From the NCBI GenBank assembly GCA_965217775.1, contig CBDCJH010000002.1, positions 2,528,001 to 2,592,000 of the forward strand: a DNA stretch of 64,000 bases, written 5' to 3'. Origin of the DNA: Acidobacteriota bacterium. GTDB lineage: Bacteria > Acidobacteriota > UBA6911 > RPQK01 > JAJDTT01. The number at the start of each line of letters is the position of its first letter. The first letter of the stretch is position 1. The notes beneath the pieces were generated by a model. That model searched no databases, was not told the origin of the DNA, and worked only from the letters and a program-made list of their open reading frames with translations. Of this stretch, positions 1-12,000 are shown one piece after another. The translations under genes and the position numbers were made by a program.

Positions 1-3000
1 CAATAGCTCTCCGCCCTGATCGTAAAAGTAGATGGCGGGACGGGCGGTCGAAGCGGCCACGTTCACCAGCACCAGGTCGGAGGTGATCAAGGTCCCGTCG
101 CCGGACGTTCCATTGGCGAAGTGCGCGAAGTTGAGCGTCGTTTCCTGGTCTTCGGTAGCCTCCGGGCCGATCGGCACCACCGGCAGCGTGGTGAAGATCC
201 GGTTTCCCGCATCCAGCTCCACCGCCACTCCCGTGAACGACTCACCGGCAGGGACCGTACAACGCACCGACCCCACGAAGTCCGTGGTGTCGGTCGCGGT
301 GAACAGCTCCTCGAGGAACTGGGCATCCTGGCCGTTGGCGCTTAGCTCGATCTCCCCCTCTTCCAGCACTCTGCCGTCCTTCATCAACCGGCACTGGACG
401 TCGACAGCCTCCATCCCCAAGTTGTGGATGGCCGCCGCAGTGCGGATTCCGCCCGACTGCCGCCGGGCCGGGAACAGGGCGTCCGACGTGGGTTCGCTGG
501 CGCCGACGCCGGCGACGCCGATTCCGGGGATGTCGAAGCGGACCACGCCGCCGATGGGTCCGTCCGACACCACCCGCACCGACCCCGTCACCACCTCTCC
601 CCGGCCGTGGGTGGAGATCGTCAACTCGCCCAGCGACGCGATCTCTGTCCGGGGCGCCAGCCCTCCGTCCTCCCGGATCTCCAGATCCTCCCCGACGTCC
701 ACCACGGACTCGGCCTCAAACAGATCTCCCTCCCGGTCGAAGAAGTAGATGACGGGACGGATCTCATTCTCGGCCACGTTCACCAGCACCAGGTCGGAGG
801 TGATGAGGACGTCGTCGCCCGAAACCCCGTTGCCGAAATGGGCGAACTCCAGGATCACCTCCTCGGCCATAGGCGTGGCCTCGACCGGGCTGGAGGGAGG
901 ACTCTGGCCGACTTCGTTCACGGCCCGCACCTCGAAGATGTAGGTCCGACCGTTGGTCAGTCCGGCGACGGTATGGGTCAGGTCCGTGGAACCGATGGAG
1001 GTCCAGTCCCCGGCCCGGTCGATTCGGACCTGGTAGCCGGTGAGGGCAGAGCGGCCGTCGCTCTCGGGGGCCTTCCAGGTCAGCGTCACTTCACCGTCCC
1101 CGGCTTCTGCCTGCAGGTTCAACGGTGCCGTGGGCACAGTCGCAGCCGGAGGCGGTGGTGGCGGCGGCGGTGGTGGCGGTGGCGGAGGAGGCGGCGGCGG
1201 TGGAGGAGGTGGCGGCGGTGGTGGCGGAGGGGGAGGAGGAGGTGGTGGGGGCGGGGCCGAGACTTCGTTGTCCTGGACCGTCACCCGGGCGCTCCGGGTC
1301 GAAGTGGGTCCCAGCCGGTACTCGTCTCCCGGCAGCAGCCGGGCGGTGACCCGGCTGGTGGATTCGGCGACATCGTCATCATCGGTCAACACCTCCAGCG
1401 TCGCCGTCTCCTGTCCGGTCCGGAACTCCACCTCCTCCGGCGGTGCGTAGTCGCCCGAGGTCTCGATCATCGATCTCGTCTCCGTGACCTCCAGGTTCAC
1501 CGTCAGCGGGGCCTCCGTCGGGGGTCCGCGCGTCAGGGTGAACTCCACGGTGTCGCCTTCCGTCACCGTCTCGGATCCCTGCTTGGCTTGGATCGTGACC
1601 AGTGGCGGGTCCGCCCGTTGATCGGTCAACGCCTCCACGGTGTTACCCACCTCGTCCTGGAGCGGGTCGAGCCCGGGTGTATAGCTCACCCTTACCGTCT
1701 CGCCCGCCGTCACCCGTGAGGTCAGCGTCAAGATGACGCTGTTTCCGCTCACCCGAACCTGGAGCACCATTCGATCATCCCCGGCCACCGTCACCGCGAA
1801 ATCGAACCGCGATGGTGTCGAGCCCTCATCCAGCGCCTCGTCGTAGGTCAGCGCCACCCGCGAGCCATGCACCGTCACGCCCTCCAGTCCCGGCACGCTC
1901 GCGTCCACCTTGTGGTCCGCCTGCGCCTCCACCGCCTCGTAGCTCCGCGCCGCCGGGTTGTCCGCCAGATCCAGGATCTTTCCTCCATTGAGAGAGATGC
2001 TCCCGCGCGGGACGCTCACGCCGTCCTCGTCCTCATCTCCTTTCTCCACCGTGTAGACGAACAGCACGGCCGGCTGGTCCGGCCCCACACTGGCACTGGC
2101 CCGCTTCCGCCGGGTCCCCACCAGAAGATCCAACGTCGGCGTTCCGCGAATGGTGTCCACCGTCACCGGCTCGTCGTACCGCACCGTCACCGAGATCATG
2201 TCGTCGACCGCGTAGGTCTCGTCCGTCCCCGGGTTCGAGCTGATCTCGATCCCTTCGATCGACGGCGCCGTGGTGTCCGGTGTCCGGTTGTCCACGAACT
2301 GGTCTCTGAAGGCTTCGGCGTCATTGCCCACCGGGTCCTGGATCGGATTCGATCGCGGCTCGTAGCTCACCCGGATCCCCGTCTCTCCGTACTCCGCCGC
2401 CGGGTTCACCGTGAGACGAACCGTGCTCCCGCTCACCTGAACCCGGGTCACGGTGCGTGTCTCGTTGCCTCCCTCCACGGTGAAGTCGCTCGTCGCCGGC
2501 CGCGAAGAGGTGTCGAGCGGTTCGTTGTAGGTCAGCGTCAGCGTCGCGCCGTTGACCACCGCCGGATCGGTCAGTGCCAGCACCGGGGCCACCGCGTCCA
2601 CCTTGTGGCTGGAACTGGCCGCCACGGCCTCATAGTCCAAGGTCGCGTCATTGCCCGCTCCGTCGCGGATCCTTCCGCCGGCTCGCGACAGCCGGTTCTC
2701 CTCGAGGCTCACTCCGTCCTCGTCGTTGTCCCCAGTGACCACCCGGTAGGCGAACTTCACCGCCCGGGTCGAGACGCTCCGATACTCCGCCCTTCGGTTC
2801 CCGCCGCCCACGTTCAGGGTCAGTTCCGGCGTTCCGGTGATCACCACCGTCTCGTCGAACGTCACCGTCACCTCGATGGCCTCGTCCACGCCGTAGGTCC
2901 GATCCGACCCCGCACTCGAGGTGATCCGAACCCTCGACACGGCCGGTCCCGTCGTGTCTCCCGTCCGGTTCGTGACGCTCTTGCTGCTCAACCGGTCCGC

Positions 3001-6000
3001 GTCGTTCCCTGCGGTGTCCTGAATCGGATTCGATCCCGGCTCATAGTTCACCCGGAGGCGGCTCTCTCCATCCGCGACGGCCGAGCTCAGCGTCAGGAAC
3101 ACGGCGCTTCCGCTGACCCGGACGCCGGTGACCGTCCGCGTCTCACTCCCGCCTGTCACGGTGAAGTCGTCCGTCGCCGGCACCGAAGAGGAATCCAACG
3201 GCTCGCCGTACGCCAGCGTCAGCGTCCTCCCGTTCACGACCGCTCCGTCGCTGGTCGCCAGAGTGGGCTTGACCCCATCCACCTGGTGCCGGGAATCGGC
3301 CGCGACCGGCGCGTGGTTCCGCACGGCGTTGTTCCGGGCGCCGTCGCGGATGGTGCCGCCGGACAGGCGGTTCGCCTCGATGCTCACCCCGTAAGCAGCA
3401 CTGTCGCCGGAGACCACCTGGTATTCGAACCTCACGGCGGCCCCCGTGACGTCCTGGTAGTTGGCCGTCCGGTTCCGGCCGCCCACGTTCAGCGTCAACC
3501 GTGGCGTCCCCGTCACCACCACCGTCTCGCTGAACGTCACCGTCACTTCGATGGTCTCGCCGGCCGCGTAGGTTGAATCCGATCCTGCGTTCGAGGTGAT
3601 CCTCACCGTCTCCACGGTCGGCCCCGTCGTGTCTCCCGTGTGGTTGGTGACCGGTTGGTTGTTCAGCTCATCCGCGGCGTTGCCCACCGGGTCCTCGATC
3701 GGATTCCCCCCCGGTTGGTAGCTCAACCGGAGGCCGCTCTCTGTGTCCTGCACGGTCGGACTCAGAGTCAGCAAGACCGCGCTTCCGCTCACCTGCACCC
3801 GGGTGACCGTCCGGGCCTCACTCCCCCCGGTCACGGTGAAGGCGCTCGCCGCCGGTCTTGAGGAGGAGTTCAGCGGCTCGCTGTAGGCCAGCGTCAGCTT
3901 CGTTCCGTTCACCACCGCCCCGTCCGTCGTGGCCAGCACTGGGAGGATCCCGTCCACCTGGTGCCGCGCATCGGCCGCCACCCCCGCGTGGTCCAAGGTG
4001 GCGTCATTCCGGGCGCCGTCGCGGATCGTCCCCGCACCGCGCGACAGGCTGTCCGCATCGATGCTCACTCCGTCCCCGTCGTTGTCACCCGGGACCACCC
4101 GGTAGGCGAACTTCACGGCCTGGTTCTTGACACTTCGGAAGTTCGCCGTTCGACTCCGACCGCCTACGTTCAGGGTCAATTGCGGGGTCACCGTCACCAC
4201 CACCGTCTCGTCGAACGTCACCGTCACTTCGATAGTCTCGTCCACCCCGTAGGTCCGATCCGACCCTGCACTCGAGGTGATCCGAACCGTCGATACGGTC
4301 GGTCCCGTCGTGTCTCCCGTCCGGTTCGTGACGCTCTTGCTGCTCAACCGGTCCGCGTCGTTGCCCGCCGTGTCCTGAATCGGATCCGACCCGGGCTCGT
4401 AGCTCACCCGAAGGCCGCGCTCACCGTCCGTTACGGCCGAGCTCACCGTCAGGAACACCGCGCTTCCGCTCACCCGGACGCCGCTGACCGTCCGCGTCTC
4501 ACTCCCTCCCGTCACGGTGAAGTCGTCCGTCACCGGCACCGAAGAGGAATCCAACGGCTCGCCGTAGGCCAGCGTCAGCGTCGTGCCGCTGGCCACCGCC
4601 CCGTCGGACGTCGCCAGCCTGGGCTTGACCCCATCCACCTGGTGCCGGGAATCGGCCGCCACCGGCGCGTGGTTCCGCACGGCGTTGTTCCGGGCGCCGT
4701 CCCGGATCGTCCCTCCCGACAGGCGGTTCGCGTCGATGCTCACCCCGTAAGCAGCACTGTCGCCGGAGACCACCTGGTATTCGAACCTCACGGCGGCCCC
4801 CGTGACGTCCTGGTAGTTGGCCGTCCGACTGCGGCCGCCCAGGTTCAGCGTCAACCGCGGCGTCCCCGTCACCACCACCGTCTCGTTGAACGTCACCGTC
4901 ACTTCGATGGTCTCGCCGGCCGCGTAGGTTGAATCCGATCCTGCGTTCGAGGTGATCCTCACCGTCTCCACGGTCGGCCCCGTCGTGTCTCCCGTCCGGT
5001 TCGTGACTGGTCGGTTGTTCAGCTCGTCCGCGGCGTTGCCCACCACGTCCTCGATCGGATTCCCCCCCGGCTGGTAGCTCAACCGGAGGCCGCTCTCTAT
5101 GTCCGTTACGGCCGGGTTCAACGTCAACAGGACCGCGCTTCCGCTCACCTGCACCCGGGTGACCGTCCGTGTCTCACTCCCCCCGGTCACGGTGAAGACG
5201 CTCGTCGCTGGTCGAGATGACGACCTCAGCGGCTCGCTGTAAGCCAGCGTCAGCGTCGTTCCGTTCACCACCGCCCCGTCCGTAGTGGCCAGCACCGGAG
5301 GCACCCCGTCCACTTGGTGCCGGGAATCGGCCGCCACCGCCGCGTGGTCGAGCTGCGCGTTATTCCGGGCGCCGTCCCGGATCGTCCCTCCACCGCGCGA
5401 CAGGCTGTCGGCATCGATACTCACGCCGTCCCGGTCGCTGTCGCCCCGGGAGACCTTGTACTCGAACTTCACGGCCGCCCCCGTGACACTCAGGTAGTCG
5501 GCCGTTCGATTCCGGCCGCCCACATTCAGCGTCAGCCGCGGGGTTCCCGTCACCACCACCGTTTCGTCGAACGTCACCGTCACCTCGATGAGATCTTCCA
5601 CCGCGTAGGTCCGATCCGACCCCGCATTGGAGGTGATCCTCACCATCTCGACCGTCGGTCCTCCCGCATCGCCTGTGTTGTTGGTGACGCTCTTGTTGAT
5701 CAACCGGTCCGCATCGTTGCCGGCCGTGTCCTGAATTGGGCTCGCGCTCGCCCCGGTCGGCACCGTATAGCTCACCCGCAGGCCCGTCTCCCAGTGCTCC
5801 ACCGCCGGAGTCAGGGTCAGCTCCACCGAGTTCCCGCTCACCCGGACTCCGGTGACCGCCCTCGTCTCGCTCCCCCCCGTCACGGTGAAAGCATCGTTCC
5901 CCGGCGCCGAGGATGTGTCCAGAGGCTCACTGTAGGCCAGCGTCAGCATCGTTCCGTTCGCGACGGCGCCGTCGGTGCTCGCCAGGACGGGTTTGATGCC

Positions 6001-9000
6001 GTCCACCTTCTGCCCGGTGTCGGCCGCCACGGTCGAGTGGGTCAGGACGGCATGGTTCCCTGCGGTATCCCGGATCGTCCCGGTCAGGCTGTCCGCCTCG
6101 ATGCTCACCCCGTCCGTGTCGCTGTCGTTGGTGGCGACCGTGTAGGCAAAGACCACCACCGCACCCGTGACGCTCTCGTAGTTCGCCGATCGATCCCGCT
6201 CGCCCACCTTCAGCGTCACCCGCGGGGTCCCGGTCACGGTCACGGTCTCGCTGAAGGTCACCGTCACCTCGATCTCCTCGCCGATGCCGTAGACGTCACG
6301 GCTGTCCGGAGGATCCGACGTGATCTCCACCGAGGTGACCGTCGGCGGAATCCGGTCCGGCGTCTCGTTCGTCACGGGCGCGCCGCTCAGTCCGTCCGCG
6401 TCGTTTCCGGCCCGGTCCTGAATCGGCGTCGCCCCCATCCCGGCCGGGACCGTGTAGCTCACCCGGATCCCCGTCTCCCAATGCGCCACGGCGGAGGAAA
6501 GAGTCAGATCCACCGCACTTCCCCTCAACGCAACATCGGAGACGGTGCGGGACGAAGACCCTCCCGACACGAAGAAGGCGCCGGACGGCGGCGTTGACGC
6601 CGAGTCCAACGTCTCGGTATAGGTCAGCGTCAGCGCCGCTCCGTTCACCACCGCTCCGCGGGTCGCCGCCAACTCCGGCTGGATGCCGTCCACCTTGTGC
6701 CGCGATTGGGTTCCCAGCGCCCGGTGATCCAGATCGGCCTCGTTGTCCGAGCCGTCCTTGAGGGTTCCTCCGTTGAGCGACAGGCTGTCGGCCGCGATGC
6801 TCACGCCGTTGGTGTCGACGTCGCCGGTGACCACCCGGTAGCGGAACAGGACTTCCGCGTCGGTGACGCTGTCGTAGTTCGCCGTTCGATCCTGTTCTCC
6901 CACCCTCAGCGTCAACTGCGGCGTCCCGGTCACGAAGACGTCCTCGCTGAAGGTCACCGTCACCTCGATCACGTCCCGGATCGCGTAAGTTGAATCCGAT
7001 CCCGCGTCCGACGTGATCTCCAGCCTGCTGACCGTCGGGCCCGTCGTATCCGGAATCGGGACGTCCACCGAGACCCGGGCACTGCGGCTCGCTTCGCCGC
7101 CGTTGATCACGGCCGCCACTTGATAGACGTAGGTGGCGCCGGCGGTCACGCCGGTATCGACGTATGCGCGGCTTGAAGTGTTCTCGGAGAGGATCCGGAC
7201 GGTGGTTCCGGAGGTGCGGTAGAGATTGTAGGTCACCCCAGAGACGGAGACGGCGGACCAGATCAGCGTCACCCGACCCAGCGCGGGGGTCGCCATCAGG
7301 GCCGGGCCGGCGCGAATCTGCTGGCCGAACTCCTGCCAGGTCTCCCCGCCGACCCCATTCGTGTCCACGGAAAGCGCGGGGTACTGGCTGGACGTCCCGA
7401 AGTCCCAGGGGGCGTCGTTCATGCCGTCCCCGTCCAGGTCCAGGTTCCAGTTCCGATAGATGCCGGCGTAGTCCGTGGGCGTCTGCAGGTTCGCCGTGGT
7501 CTGGGGCTGGCCGTAGGATCCGGATGCGCGTCCCGAGGTTTCGATATCCCAAAAGCTGTCGCTGATGGCGCCGCCGCCGGTGTTGCGTCCCACCAGCCCG
7601 CCGATGGTGCTTCGGCCCGAGACCAGACCGGTGGCGTAGCTGACGTTGACGTCACCGCTGTTCCGGCCGATCAATCCTCCCGCCTCGGAATCCCCCACGA
7701 CTCGGCCCGTCGCGTAGGCGGCGGTCACCTCGCCGCGGTTGGACCCGGCAAGACCGCCGACGCGGTCGTCTCCCGTCACCTGCACGGTGGAGTAGCTGAC
7801 GGTCACGGCCCCATCATTCAGGTTGGACCCGATCAGGCCGCCGACATCGTCGTCGCCAGTCACCTTTCCCGTGGCGAAGCATCCGCTGACGGCGCCGCCG
7901 TTGGACCCGACCAGGCCGCCGACGTTGTCCGTTCCCGTCACCTGGACAGCCACCAGCTCCAGGTTCCGGATGACGGCGGAGGATGTCGTCTCGCCGAACA
8001 ATCCGACATCGTTTCCACTCCTGTCGATAAACAGATTGGTGAGGGTTTCCCCGTTGCCCTCGAAGATCGCCGAGAAGCTGTCGGACGAGTCGCCGATCGG
8101 CACCCACCCGGCGCCGCCGTTCCAATAGGTGTCGCCGGCGTCGGCCTCGCCGCTATTGTCGGTGTCGAAGTCCGGATCGGCGCTCAGCTCGTACCCCACG
8201 CACCCGAAGAGTCCGCCGCAGGCCAGTTGGTCGCTCCCGTTGGCGAACGCCCTGGCATAGGACCTGGCGCCCGTGGTCGTCGGGACCCCATCCCCGTCCA
8301 GGTCATGACGGACGGCGTCGAGCTGAGCTGGATTGCTGATTTCGATGAGTCCGTCGTCGTCAGCGTCGTAGTCGGTCGTCGTGGTGGGCAGAACCGTCAC
8401 CGTGAACCGCTGTGTCCTGCTCTTGTTGGACCCCGTTTCGTCGGTCGCGGTCACCGTGATCGTCGCCTGACCCGCTCCGACCGATACCATCGTCACTCGC
8501 GTTCCCGCAACCGTCACCGAGGCGATGGTGGGGTCCGACGAGGACACGCCGTAGGTGATCGTGTCTCCCTCCGGATCCCGGAACGCCCCCGCCACCTCCG
8601 TCATGGCCGAGTCACCCACGCGCAGCGTTCGATCCGGCAAGGTTCCTACCGGCACTGGCCGGCTGTTGCCGACCACCGTTACCGACACTGTGGCGCTCCG
8701 CACGGCTTCGCCGCCGTTCACCACTGCAGCCACCTGGTAGACGTAGGTTTCGCCCGCGACGTCGGTGTCCGTGTACTCCCGCGCGGTGAGGTTCTCGGCG
8801 ATGGTCTCAAGGGTGGCGCCGTCGTCCCGGGTCACGGTGTAGGACAGGCTCGGCGCCGGGGTCCATGCACTACTCAACGGCACTTCGGTCCATTCCAGTT
8901 CCACCTGGCTCTGCCCGGCATTCTCCGTGGGTGTCGCGGTCAAGTTCGGACCGGACCGAAGCTGATAGCCGAACTCCTCCCACGTCGCATCGCCATCTCC

Positions 9001-12000
9001 ATTCCTGTCCGCTCGCAGGGCCGGGTACTGGCTGGAGGTTCCGAAATCCCAGGGATCATCGTTCACACTGTCTCCATTGATATCCAGGTTCCAGCTTCCA
9101 TAGATGCCACTGTAGCTCCGGGGCGACTGCAACTGCGCCGTCGTCCTGCCGAAGGGCAGGACCCCTGTCGCATGACCCGATGTTTGCTTGTCCCAGTAGC
9201 TGGCGTTGATGCTTCCCCCCTCGAACAACCCGATCAATCCATCGACATTGGAACCGCCCGACACAGTGCCCGTGGCGTAGCCGGCGCTGATCTCACCCGT
9301 TGATTTATTATTCCCGACGAGACCGCCCACGTCGGTATTCCCGGCCGCGCGGCCCGTGGCGTAGCTGGCGACAATCTCGCCACGGTTGTCCCCGACCAGC
9401 CCGCCCACGTCGTCGTCCCCTGAAACGTGACTTGTGGCATAGCTACCGCGAATTTCGGCGAAAAGGCTGTTGATCCCCACCAGACCGCCCACGTTATTGA
9501 TACTCGACACGCGGCCCGTGACGTAGCTGCTCCGAATTTTGCCGCGGTTGAGTCCAACCAGACCTGCGGCGAGCTCGGGTCCCGACACATCGGCATCGAT
9601 CAACCCGAGGTTCCGAATGTTGGAGGAAGATCCAGCGAAGCCGAACAACCCCACCAGGAATATCGTGTCGGTTCCGATAAACAGATGACTGACGGTATGC
9701 CCGTTGCCCTCGAAGTTCGCTGTGAATGGATTTTCCACGTGGTACGCCTGGGCGTCCAGCGTCGATCCGGCGCCGCCGATGGGCACCCACCCGGCACCGC
9801 CGTTCCAGTATTCGTCGGCGGCGTCGGCGGCGCCGTTGCCGTTGGTGTCGAAATCCAGATCCACCGTCAACTCGTAGCCTCGGCACCCGACCGAAAGGCT
9901 GCAACCCATCCACTCCACGGCATTTGCGAACGCTCTTTCATAGGAATTCTTCCCGCGGGCCGTGGGTGTGCCGTCGCCGTCCAGATCGTGACGGACGGCA
10001 TCGAGCTGCGCCAGATTGCCGATTTCGATGAGGCTGTCGTCGTCGGTGTCGTAGTCAACCGCGTTCGCCGGCCAGACCGTCACCGTGAATCGCTGAGTTG
10101 CTGAATTGTTCGACCCGGCGCTGTCGGTTGCAGTCACGGTGATCGCCGTCCGGCCTCCGGCTACCGGGGTGATGGTCAATTGGGCCGCAGACGAGGTGAC
10201 GGAGGCCACGGCCGTTTCCGATGAGGACGCCCCATAGGTGAGGGTGTCGCTCTCCGGGTCCCGGAACGCCTCCGAGAGTGCCACCGTCCCCGTGCCTGCA
10301 CCCACGCGCAGAAACAGATCCTCCAAGATCCCGACGGCTACCGGCGGTTGGTTGCCCTCGCCTACGATCACCGATACCGGTGCACTGCGGATCGCTTCAC
10401 CACCATCGAGCAGGGCCGTGACCCGGTAGGTGTAGGTGGCGCCGGTGGTCACATCCGTGTCGGTGTACCGGAGCGCCGTGGCGCCTTTCTCGACCGCCTC
10501 TTCCGTGGTTCCGTCGTCGCGCACGAGTGTGTAGGTGACGTCGGGCGCCGGGCTCCAGGGGCTCGTCGACACCTGAGTCCAAGCCAGAGCCACTTGGGCC
10601 TGGCCCTCCGTCGCCGCTGCCGTCAGGGTCAAGCCGCCCCGAACCTGGTACCCGAATTCCTGCCAGGTCGCGCTTCGGTTCCGATTCAGGTCCGCAGTCA
10701 GTGCGGGATACTGGCTGGACGTCCCGAAATGCCAGGGGGCGTCGGGCTCTCCATCGAGGTTGACGTCCAGATTCCAGGTTTCGTAGATGCCTTCGTAGTA
10801 CGTCGGTGCTTGAAGGACGGCGGTTGTCTGGCCGGCCAAGCCGATCGAATGCGACTCCGTGCCATCGATCACACCGTTTTCATTCGAGTCGTCCTCGCCG
10901 ACGCCGACGCGAACGCCCGACGCCTCCATATCCCAATAATTGCCACGGAGAACAACCTCCGAATGAGTGGTGCCCACCAGGCCGCCGACGCCCACGCTGC
11001 CGGAAACCATCCCCGTGGCATAGCTGGCAAATATGTGGCCGCCATACCTCCCCGGATAGCAGGCGTTTCCGACCAGGCCGCCGACACCGCCGCCACCGAG
11101 TTCACACTCGGACGCTCCCATCTGCCGTGACCCCGTTCCCGAAACGTTCCCGGTAGCGTAAGCGGCCCAGATCGAAGTGCCGGACGACCCCACCAACCCA
11201 CCTATGGCGTTGGCGCCCGACACGTCCCCGGTGGCATAGCAACTGCCTATTCGGGAATGGTTTAACAAGTTAGCTGCCTTGATTGTGGCTTGACTCCCAA
11301 TCAGTCCGCCAACACTATTTCTACCCGACACCTTGACGGCGGCGTAGCTCTCCCAAACACCGCTGTCGCTATCCCCGACAAGTCCACCCACCCTGTCCCG
11401 TCCAGCCACACGGCCTGAAGCATGACTCCGCCTGGTCTCTAAATCGTCGGCCCGGCCAACCAGGCTGCCGACCTTGTCCCGACCGCTGATGTCGACACCG
11501 ATCAACCCGACATCGAGAATGTCGAACCCCGCGTCTGTATGAATTTCATCAGCAAAAAGGCCCGGAACCGGACCCAATTGCCCGAACAAACCGATCTCAT
11601 CCTCGTCGGGCCGGTTGATGAACAGGTTGGTCAAGGAATGACCGTTGCCGTAGAACCTCACTATGAAGGGATCGTCCGAGTTTCCGATGGACAACCAACC
11701 CTTGCCCTCGTTCCAATAGGTGTCGTCCGAGTCGATGTTTCCATCGCCGTCGGTGTCGAAGTCCAGGTTCGCCGTCAGCTCATAACCGATGCATCCGTCG
11801 GTGGGAGGGCACCCCATTCCCAGAGCGCCCATGGGGTAGGCGGTGTAATACGGCATCCAGGTTGCGCCGTCCACTTGGCCATCGCCGTTGAGGTCGTACC
11901 GCAGGGCGTCGAGCTGCGCCAGATTGCCGACCTCGATCAGACCGTCATCATCGGTATCGTAGTCCCGACTCCCCGCCGTGATCGTGACCGAGACGGAGTC

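Noticed and set aside
32-748. 238-aa plus-strand ORF MAGRAV(E/D)AATF... repeated five times (32, 16231, 31090, 50150, 62374)
   Set aside because: It is the antisense shadow of the conserved C-terminal domain. It is Ser/Thr/Pro-rich with no recognisable motifs, and its recurrence follows from conservation of the sense gene.
1040-1450. Poly-glycine proteins on the plus strand
   Set aside because: They are the reverse complement of the poly-proline tracts.
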